This document shows positions 38,988 through 49,100 of a stretch of 64,000 nt of DNA, piece by piece. Source of the stretch: an uncultured Planctomycetaceae bacterium. GTDB lineage: Bacteria; Planctomycetota; Planctomycetia; Planctomycetales; Planctomycetaceae. Both the position numbers and the translations under genes were made by a program. The number at the start of each line of letters is the position of its first letter. Within the stretch, counting starts at the first letter, position 1. A model generated the notes under the pieces. It saw only the letters and a list, made by a program, of their open reading frames with translations. It did no database searches and had not been told where the DNA came from. The stretch spans positions 212,609 to 276,608 of the forward strand of contig CAWFGE010000021.1 in NCBI GenBank assembly GCA_963815195.1. Reading direction: 5' to 3'.

Positions 38988-40613
38988 TGTAACGGCTCAG
39001 TTCGAACTGGAATTTCTGGCTGGTTGGGTTAGTCTATTCTTATGAGAGGACCGACCCATGAGCAACAGCAAACGACGTCATTTTACGCCCGAGCAGAAAG
39101 CCGAGGTTGTCAGGCGGCATCTGTCGGGGAAGGAACCCGTCTCCAAACTCGCTGAGGAGCTTGGGGTGCAGCCGAGCCAGATTCATGCGTGGGTGAACCT
39201 GGTTCTGGCGCAGGCGGAGCGGGCATTCGAGAAGTCTCAGCAGAATGGACGCGCGCGGACGGACAAGGTCAAGGACCGCCGCATCGAACAGCTCGAAGGT
39301 AAGATCGCCGACAAGAACGAAGTGATCGCCGAGTTAATGGAGGCGAACGTTCGCGCAAAAAAAGAGCTTGGGGAACTCTAAAAGGAGGCTGGGTTCCCCA
39401 CGACACGCGCGACGAAATCGTGGATTACATCACGTATTGGACGGACCGCGCCGAGATTCCCGCCAAAACCCTTTTGGGTTGGTTGGAACTGGGCACGAGC
39501 AAGTACCACTCGTGGAAAGACCGCTACGGAAAAGCCAACGAGCACAACGGGAAGATTCCCCGGGATCATTGGCTGGAGGATTGGGAGAAGGCGGCGATCG
39601 TCGACTATTTTGACCAGCATCCCTTGGAAGGCTATCGCCGGCTGACGTTCATGATGCTCGATGATGACATCGTCGCCACAAGCCCGGCGACGGTGTATCG
39701 CGTGCTCAAAGCGAACCGGCGATTGGACCGCAGGAAGTTCTCGCCGTCCAAGAAAGGCACAGGCTTCGTGCAGCCCTTAAAACCCCACGAACACTGGCAC
39801 ATCGACGTGTCTTACATCAACGTGGAAGGCACGTTTTACTACCTGACCAGCGTCTTGGATGGCTGCAGCCGGGCCATTTTGCACTGGGACCTCAAGGAGT
39901 CGATGACCGAACAGGACGTGGAAGTTATTCTGCAAAAAGCGATCGAGACCTACCCCGGCGAATCGCCGCGGATCATCTCGGACAACGGGCCGCAGTTCAT
40001 CGCGCGGGACTTCAAAGAGTTCATCCGCCTCGTGGGCGCCACACACGTGCGGACCAGTCCGTACTATCCCCAATCGAACGGCAAGATCGAACGTTGGCAC
40101 GGAAGTTTGAAGTCCGAATGTATCCGGCCGAGTTGTCCGGCCAACGTCGAGGAAGCCCGGCGAAAGATTCAAAGCTATGTGGATCATTACAATAATGTGC
40201 GGCTGCATTCGGCCATCGGCTATGTGACGCCCGCCGATAAACTGGCGGGCATCGAACAGGAGATCTTCACCGAACGCGACCGCAAGTTGGAAACCGCCCG
40301 AACGCGCCGTCAGGCCGCCCGGCAATTCGCGCGACAGGAGGTTGCTTGATGACAAGCCGCATGGCACAATCGAATGCGACCTGGGCGGAGGATACGGCTC
40401 TGCTGAGGAGCACCCGGAGCGCCGCCCCAGGGGCCAAGACCGGAGGCGGGATCAAGCCCCTTCCCTTGATCCCGCCCGTTTCGAAAACCCTCCGGGATTG
40501 GCACCAAAGCGAAAAACCTTCGCGGCAGGATGCCGCGAAATCCGCGACAGGAGGTCACCTTCCACTGACTAACACCAACACGCCCAAATTCCACTTACCG
40601 CTGAACCAGGACA
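38988..40613 (+). mobile_element. IS3-family insertion sequence, 1626 bp, 4-bp target duplication GGCG
   Basis: Imperfect IRs TGTAACGGCTCAG...TGGAATTT / AAATTCCA...CTGAACCAGGACA. GGCG at 38984-38987 and 40614-40617. The empty site is visible at ~18010-18030. Confidence 0.95.
39058..40349 (+). CDS. IS3 transposase OrfA (39058-39381) / OrfB joined by programmed -1 frameshift
   Basis: OrfA HTH RRHFTPEQKAEVV; OrfB WHIDVSY, SDNGPQF and NGKIERWH. Slippery A7G at 39357-39364 followed by a TGGGGAAC...GTTCCCCA hairpin. Confidence 0.93.
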
Positions 40614-40786
40614 GGCGGTGCACGCCGGGTGCCACTGGCAGCTTGCCTGCCAGTGTGAATCGGATGAACCAATCGAGTTTTGAAACGCCCCCCGATTCCA
40701 TGCTGCTGGAAAGCACTGGCAACAAGTTGCCAGTGGCACCCGAAAGACTGTTAGCAACAACCCCCGCTGACAGTGCCACCCCGCCG
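40614..40786 (-). repeat. composite REP module A, proximal part
   Basis: Reverse complement of 17852-18024. Confidence 0.9.
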
Positions 40787-41618
40787 TTGAATTCGCCCAG
40801 CCGGTCCTCGAACGTGCCGCGCTTGCGGTAGTGCGACAACACCTCATCCGCCGAGCGTTGCTCCTCGGTCCAGTTTGTGATCAGGAAGAAGTAACGCGGA
40901 AACAGAGCCAGTTGGCCCGTCTTCGCCTCCGGCTTGTCGACGATGACCAGAATCACCCGCTGCGGATGACGCCAGCCCTCGGCTTGGTACTTTCCGAGTT
41001 CGATCACGTCCTCATATCCCCCTTTGGGCGGCCGGCCCGCGGGACGTGTCAGGTAGGGCGCGGCCATCTCTTCCAGCACGTTGTTCTTCTTGATTCTCCC
41101 GCAAAAACGGATGTTTTCGTCGGTCAACTCATCCAACACCGGCCCGGCGATGAAACCCGCATCGATCCGCAGGTCGAAGCTCCACGCCAGTTGCCGGGCC
41201 TTGCCGACCACGTTGCGAATAAACCGCCGGATGCCATTGGCCGTATGCACGCTGCCTTGCCGCAGGATGGCATGAATGAAGCCGTTGCCCAGCCGCTGGC
41301 CTTCCCGCGCGTATCGTAGCCGCCGCCCACCGAGAAACTCGCGACCAGCGGATGATAGACCGTCTCTTTATAGTAACCGTTATAGCGGGCCCCCGGTTGC
41401 TTGCCGTAAACCTGCATCGGGAAACTGTCGATGTCGATGGTCGCATAGCGAATGCGGCGGTCGCTGTCACCGGTGCTTTTGATGTGCCGATGGTTCCAGT
41501 CGAACAAGGCGCTCCGCACGGCCTCGAGATTCGTCTTGCAGTCGGCCAGCCAATCGATGAGCCGGGATTGGGTGGGCTGGCTGGCCAGGCGTTGGTTGAG
41601 CACTTCTTCGCCGGGCCG
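40787..41618 (-). pseudogene. internal fragment of a second, slightly diverged IS1380 transposase
   Basis: Matches ~37127-37959 with substitutions and an indel near 41311. Both ends abut REP modules. Confidence 0.92.
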
Positions 41619-41869
41619 GCGGGTGGCATGCTCATGGCTTGGCATGAGCATGCACTTGGATGAAACTTTGATTTCTTGGAATCGAAAAACACAGGGGCCA
41701 TGCCACATCACGTTCGGAAACCATGCTCATGCAAAGCCACGAGCATGCCACCCTGCCGAGTTTTGAAACGCCCCCCGATTCCATGCTGCTGGAAAGCACT
41801 GGCAACAAGTTGCCAGTAGCACCCAAAAGACTGTTAGCAACAACCCCCGCTGACAGTGCCACCCCGCCG
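41617..41869 (-). repeat. composite REP module B (inverted copy)
   Basis: Reverse complement of 22287-22540 with a few differences. Confidence 0.9.
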
Positions 41870-41995
41870 CACGCCGCCGCTGAAATTGGTGTAGGCGAGG
41901 AACTGACCTAAGAGCGTGCCGCCCGAGGGATCGGCGCCGTCATAGCCCTTGACGTGAGGCGAACCGCCCTCATCCGCCCCGGTCACCAGAAGCTT
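41868..41995 (-). pseudogene. orphan fragment of a planctomycete FG-GAP-like repeat protein
   Basis: Manual translation KLLVTGADEGGSPHVKGYDGADPSGGTLLGQFLAYTNFSGGVR; no start or own stop. Confidence 0.7.
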
Positions 41996-42010
41996 GGTGG
42001 GCAATGCCCA

Positions 42011-43481
42011 CCCACCCCTTTCAACATGTCACTTACCCCTGGATTTGGCCAGAGTTCGCGCGGTGGAGATATGGTGATTCCGTTTGCCGCTCTTTTTTCG
42101 AGGCTGTGGTTTTTTCGGCCCGCGTTTCTTTTTGGGGTAACGCGTCAGGTCGATGCGTTTCGCGAGTCGCACCAACTCGATCGCGAGTTTTCGAGGTGGC
42201 ATGATTTGATAGCCCTCCCAGATTTCCGCGTCCACGGCAATGTTCATGCCCACCGTCGTGGCTGTCACGTCCTGCGTCAGATGATAGTCCGACAGTTGTT
42301 CGTCGATCGTTTCTTCACCGTGAACGGACCGCAGGGCCGCTTTCACGACGGCATAAGTGTTATAGGCCAATACCGCCGTGGCGAAGGCGAACAGCGCAGC
42401 CTTGGGGTAGCCCAGCGTCTCCACTTCGCAACGCAACACCTCGGTCAGAGTTTGGAAGGCTTCTTCAATCGTCCAGCGCTTGCGATACAGAAAAGCCACT
42501 TTTGCGCATTGGCGACTTTGACAGGCAAGTTGGTCAGGATGTGAATCTCAGTGTCACCATTCTCTGTGGGCGTATCCAATTGGATGGTGATCCGCCGGAC
42601 TCGCAACGTCTCTTCACCCTGGGACAGCTCGGCCGACTGCTCGAAAACAACACCCGTTTCGATGCGTCCGATGCGTTTCCGGCGACCGACGAGTTTCCAG
42701 GTGAGTGTCGAAGCGTGTTGGCGAATGACAAAGTAGGCCGACTGCTTGACAATTCCAAACAGAAACTTGGTCGTGCAGAAGTTCCGGTCGGCGATTGTCA
42801 CCGTCTCGGCCCGGATCCATTCCAGAAGCTCCGGCAGAAGCGAACGTTCCTGAGCATGCCCGTCTTCACACGGGAGCAGTTCCGAAATCAGATCCCGCTG
42901 CGCGTCCAGAAGCGCCAAGGTCTGGCCGGGCAAAGGGCCTTCCCGCGTGACGCGCAATTCCGCCAGCCGATGCTCAGTCGCCGCCAAATGATTCCCGTCC
43001 AAATACTGCACGTGATAGCCCGGCAAAAGTTCGCGGCATGCTCCCGGCATGGCATCGATGACTTGAGCCGCGTCCTGGCTCGTTTCCCGGATCATCGTCG
43101 CCGAAAGGCCGGGTTCCAGACGGTTCAACTTGCCATAAAGTGCGGCCGGCGAAACCGCCAGTTGCTCCTTGGCCGCCAAGTACCCGGCATGGACCGACTT
43201 GTGCGTCCGCGTCGCCACGCCCATCATCAGGGCCACCACTTGCGAAAACAGCAATTCTTTCTCGTATTGTCTCTGCGAAGCGTCGGCGAAAATCTCATCC
43301 AGTCGATCCGGCGACACAAGATTCTCGAGCGTCGCTCGAACCATCACTGCCGCTGGACATTCTTCCACAAAACGATCAAGCACAGCGTCGGGCCACATCC
43401 TTGCCGCCTCCATAAGGTTTGATACAACAATCCCTGTAGAAGCGACTTATAGCAAAAAACTAACATGTTGAAAGGGGTGGG
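42011..43481 (-). mobile_element. IS4-family insertion sequence
   Basis: Perfect 19-bp IRs CCCACCCCTTTCAACATGT / ACATGTTGAAAGGGGTGGG; no target duplication. Confidence 0.88.
42029..43413 (-). CDS. IS4-family transposase, frameshift near 42493
   Basis: YLDGNHL, IADRNFC, ILTNLP and LYRKRWTIEEAF (Y-R-E signature). One A is missing in an A-run. Confidence 0.88.
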
Positions 43482-46037
43482 TTCTGGGGGGCCATCGTCA
43501 TCAATCGCCGCCGCTGTTCGATCTCGTCGCGAAACGATTGCTCGGCTTCGCTGGTCCGACCGGCCGTCTTCAATAGGTTCGCATAGGTTCGCCGGCCCAC
43601 CGCCAACGCCAAGGTGAGATCTTCCCGCTCCGGATCTTCTTGAGCCAATTCTTCCTGGTGCGTCAGAAACTCCATGAAGGGGTCCTCGAAATTCTCTTTC
43701 TGAATGTCGCCCCCTTTGAGAACGGCGAGAAGGTTGAGGGCATGCGCCAAATCCTCCCGGTAACTCGTAATCTCGGGCTCGGCATCCACCAAGACCTTCA
43801 AGTCCTCAATCGCGAGTTTATAGAGTTTCTCCGCCTCGTCCGTTTGTCCGGACAGCGAACGGATCAGACCCAACTCGTGCCGGCAAACGGCCAGTTGCCG
43901 ACGCAATTCCGACCGGTCCGCAACAGGCTTGTCCAGCAGTTTTTCCATAGCATCCTTCGCACGGAGCAGTTCCGGTTCCGCATCTTTGTTTCGGCCGTCT
44001 TGCAACAGGGATCGGCCCAATTCCATCCGCGTGGAAACCCTTTGGACTTGCCAGTCCAGGTTATCGGGCACCAAGGCCGAAAGTTCCGACCAGATTTCCA
44101 CAGCCCGCCGCATCGATTCGATGGCCAGAGCATGCTGATTCAATTGACGTTGAATCAAGCCCACACGGGCGGCGGCGTTCGCCAGCGCGATGCGTGTCTC
44201 TACGTCCGTTCCCTTTTGATTGGAGAACGACTCATAAAACGGCAACGCATTGAGTAAGAACTGACGATCCGCCGCATCCAGTTCGGACTTCGTCGCCAGA
44301 CTCTCCCGAGCGAATTGGAGGTAGACTTCATCCAAAGCCTCGATCCCAAGTTTGACCATGGCCGCCAATTCCCGGCTTTGAGTTTCCGCCTGCTCCTTGG
44401 CTTGTTCCGCGTTGGTTTGTGCCTGTTTGGCCTTTGTCTCGGAAGTTTGGGCGTTCTGTTTGTCCTTCACGGATTGATTCGCCAACTCCCGAAACGAGTT
44501 CGCTACAATCGCCGAACCCACCGCCGCCACGACCAGTAGCACTGCGATCGTCGATGTCAAGCCGGCGATCGCCGGGTTTCGTTTGCACCAGCGACCGAAG
44601 CGGACCGCGAGCGAAGTTCGCCGGGCCTGGATCGGTTCATCATGCAGGAAACGCTCAAGATCCTCGGCAAGTTCTCTGGCCGTTTGGTAGCGGTGGCCAG
44701 GATCGGGATCGATTGCTTTGTGGATGATCGTGACGAGATCCCTAGGAATCGACGGATCCACAGTCCGCAGACGTTCAGGAGTTTGGGTCGTCACTTGTTT
44801 TATTAGTTTATTCCGATCACGCTCATCGAAGGCCGGTTTCAGCGCCAACATTTCGTAGAGCGTCAATCCCAACGAATACAGATCACTTCGCTTATCCGTC
44901 TGACCTTCAAACTGTTCCGGGGCCATGTAACGCAGCGTGCCCAGCAGGTCGCCGGTTTTGGTGAGGTCCTGCTGATCCGTGGATTTGGCCAAACCGAAGT
45001 CCGTAATCCAAAGAGTTCCGCCTGTGTCTAAGAGCAAGTTTCCTGGCTTGATGTCTCGATGAATGATTCCCTGATCGTGGGCATATTGCAGAGCCTCGCC
45101 CGCTTGCATCCCCATCCGTGCCACGCTCTCCCAATAGACTCGAAGGGGATTTTTATGCGAGTCAACATTCTTTTGTCCCGGAAAAACAAATGACCCAACC
45201 TCGCCCGTCTCCGACAACTGGCCCACCGCGGTATCGCGCATCAAATCTTCCGACGCATTCGATTCCTGATCCGCACCAGGTGGCGGATCAATGACTGTGG
45301 TTCCGCAGGCGGGCTGTCCGGCAGAATCGTGGGGATGGATCCAACTGGAATCGGAGCCGGGCAAGACTTGGTTGATAAACTGACCGCTCAACAAAGACTG
45401 TGCGACCGCGATCGCGGAGACCTCGCCGCCCCGTTTGGCTCGTGGACCGACCAAGACAGACCCCGGTTCGGCTTGCAGCGGATTCTCTTGCCGAGATTTC
45501 GCGGAGGCGTTTGACTTCCAAGAGCACCTGATCCAGGCCCAAGCCCTGGATGAATTGCATGACGTAATAGTGCACGCCTTCCTGCTCGCCCACACCGAAC
45601 ACCGGAACGATATTTGTATGGTGCAACCGTGCGGCGGCTTTTGCTTCCCGGACGAATCGTTTCTTGTATTGGGAGTCGAGCAGCGTCTGCTTGGGAAGAA
45701 CCTTCAGAGCCACCCTCCGGCCCAGCGAGACCTGCTCCGCTTCATAGACGATTCCCATGCCGCCCCGGCCAACTTCCCGGATAATGCGAAAGTCTCCCAA
45801 CTGTTTGAACGCGGGGACATCGTCCGTTTCGTCGCTTGGCAAATCGTTCTGTTGAATTGCATGGTCGACTTGTTCCATCATCACAAGTGCGGGAAACAGA
45901 TCGCGAATTTCGTCTGCCAAGTCCGGGTAATCGGCCACATATTCCGAAATGGACGGCCGTTTGCCCTCACGAATCTGGGCAGCAAACTCTTCGGCCAGTA
46001 GATCCAGCCGGGATTGAGGTGATTGTGAATCGCTCAT
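43482..46037 (-). pseudogene. Ser/Thr kinase with TM helix and TPR-like repeats; frameshift near 45480 and C-terminus cut by IS4
   Basis: ORF 45288..46037 has VGRGGMGIVY, VALKVL and HTNIVPV. ORF 43460..45595 has HRDIKPGN, TDFGLAK, GTLRYMAPE and helical repeats, and its reading frame runs into the IS4 IR. Confidence 0.85.
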
Positions 46038-46157
46038 CAGCGCGTCCTGGGGTCTCGAAATCGATTGGTTCTTTTGAAGTCGGCTAAAGAATTATGAAAC
46101 GTAAAGACAACTCATTCCAGTACGTCAAAGCATCCATTATTCCAGCTGGGGATGGGA

Positions 46158-49100
46158 TTAGTGGTTCGCAACGAGAAGGAGCTGGTCGAACAATTCGTCT
46201 TCCAGATTCGCGAAAAGTGAATCTCGAGGGTTTCCGTCCTCGTTTTCGAACACAACAAATTCTAGCATCTTCTCCTCGGGGATCTCATCTCCCAGTTCAT
46301 CGGGCGGAGAGGTGGCTGCCAAACTCAGTCGCTCGATTTGGGGGCTGATTGGAATGCGGACAAGTTCCTCTCGATTTGCAGACTCACTTGGTACAACGGT
46401 CGAGTCGCCGACCAACACAACGAAGGTCTCAGATGGAACATCCAACTTCGAGGTCAGCATTTCCTCCTCGCTCGCCGCAGAGACTTCCGATAAGTTGTCG
46501 GCTGCGTTTGTCGCAGTGGCAACGATTTCACCAGCTTGGGCATCCACAACTTGAGTGTTGAAGCCCGGGGTCCCGAAGTTATCTGAGGGGCCATAGGAAA
46601 AGTGAAGGCGATCAAATTCCAAGGCGAGCCAGTCACTTTGCGAATCGGCGGTCTGGAAGGAGGCCACGCGCACTTGGTCGAGTGAAATTTGGAAAACCTC
46701 CAGTGGCATAGAATCGCGGATAGCGACGAGATCCACGACTGAAAACACGAGTCCCTGAGCAACCGCTGCAAACAGTTGGGGCGATGCTTGGCTGGCGTCC
46801 GTTTGAAAGGTCAGGAGCGAACCCACGGGATCGGTACTGTTTGCAGGATGGGCAAATTGGAAGGCAAACGAGTCGAGCTCGATCCAATCGGCATATCCCT
46901 TTCGCGTCGAGTCGCCCGTCACACCCGGCAGATGCACGAGCAATGTCACATCCGATGGCAGAAGGAGTTCGGGCAATAGTGGCGGCCCCACATCGATCAG
47001 CTCGGTATCCGTCGATTCCAGATTCCAGGCCACCGTTATTGGTGGCAGTGGCCCTCCTTTGATTAACTCGGGAGTCCAGGTAAATGCCAGTTCATTGAAG
47101 GCGATGGAAAACCCATCAGTCCACCCCGAATCGGTGCTATAGGAAGTGATGGTGGCTCCGTTCAAGACCCAAGTGGCCACCTCGTGGGGGCCGGCTTTGT
47201 CGATGTGGACGGTCGCAATTCGAATCGGATCCCCCTCCGAGAAGACTCGTCCATCCAGCACGGCTTCGAGCAGTTGCGGCGAAGCGATGTCGGTGTCCGT
47301 CAAGAATTGAAATGCCGTGGCGTATGAGTTGCTGAGTGTCCCTTGGCGAGTGCGGAGCGCTGAAAAGCGGGCCATATCGACTTCGATCCACCCGGCGTAG
47401 CCGACCAGTTGCGAAGATCCCACAATGCCCGGAATCTGCACCAAGACGCGGAAATTTTCGGGGATCTCCGGCACCGGAGGCGTTAGTTCGTCGGTAACAA
47501 AAATCGCTTCTTGGAGAGATCGATCCCATCGGGCTGACACGGGAATCAATACACCGCTCTTGGCCGCCCGCCGATAGTAGGTATATTCCAGCGAGGCAAA
47601 CGTCAGCGAAAACGCATCGCCCAGGCCGCTTTCGGTCGCGAAGCCCGCGATCTGCCCATCGCTGAACGACCAACGGCTAAGCACCGTCACCTTCGATCCA
47701 CCTGTTTGCTTCACCGCGACGAGTTGAACGCCTTTGATCAATTCCCCGGTCGTCAGTCGCCTGAGGATTTCCGGTGATGCGTTGCTCGAATGGGCGTTAA
47801 ACCGGAAGGGGTAAGGCGTGGGCGGGGAATCCAGCGCGAACGAACGGGACAACTCGAATTGGAAGGAGTCCACGGGAATCCAACCGCTGTATCCGACCCA
47901 GTTGGACGAACCTGTGATTCCCGGAATGTTGACCAACAGCACGACCCCGTCCGCAAGCGTCGGTTCCTCGGGAAGATCGAGCGGAGCATCGTTCACCGCG
48001 CCCCCGTTCCCCAAATTCAATTCCCCCGTGATCGGGGGAAGCGTGGTTTTTCCATCAGGTGGAAGGAACTGTGATTGAACCGACTCGAATCCCAGCGTGA
48101 AGCTGTCCAGCACGGCACTCGCGGTGGCGAAGTGTCCGAGCATCGCGCCATTGAGCGACCAGCGGGCGAATTCGTTCAGCGTGCCTTTCAGTGGGCTTGT
48201 GAGTGCCAACTCAACCGGTTCATTCAAAGTTTCGCCGGTCACGAGCAATTCAAAAAGTTTGGGAGACGCGATGTCGGTGGACGTCGTGAATCGAAAGCTC
48301 GACGCCTCGAGCCCCGACGGCGATTGATCCTCGGGAGAACGTTCGACCGCAAAGCGGAATTCATCAATCGGAATCCAGCCAGCGTAGTCCGTGGTCTGTG
48401 AAGGACCTTCCACGCCGGGAATGTAAAGGAACGTCTCCACCGCGGGCAAATTCTCTGTCGCCTGATCGAGATCAATCGGTGTGATCGCGAACTTCGTGCC
48501 GCTATCGGCCAGGTTCCAGTCCGCCGTCACTTTGTCCATCGTACCATCATCCCTGAAATCGACTGCCGTGTAGTGCACGGCATCGAATGCGAGAGAAAAA
48601 CCATCCACGAGTCCGCTGACGGTTTGATAGGCCACGATTCGACCGTAATCCAGGTTCCAGCTTGCCACTTCCACCGGACCGATTTTGGAATCACGGGTCG
48701 CGACAATCTCGATGGGCGACGTGAAGATGTCGCCATCGGCAAGTGACTGCAGCAAAAGAGACGAAGCACTTCCGGACTGAGCGATAAAATTGAAAGTGGA
48801 CGCCCGGGCTGTTGTTGCTGAACTGATCTCGGGGCCACGCACTCCGAACTCAAAGGAGCTCGCCTCAATCCAATCCGCGTAGTTTTTCTGAGTCGCATCG
48901 CCGGGAATGCCGGGGATATTCACATAGTAATGGAATGTATCGACCGGTGATGGCAACTCGCTGAGGTTGGGAAATGTCTGTGCGACAACGCCACCACTGG
49001 CGGTGACATCCCACGTTCCCACAACGGGCGTGCCCGGAAAGCCCCGCGCGTCCAGGGGAGTAAATGAGTATTGCACGGCATCATACAAGAGCGTGAATTG

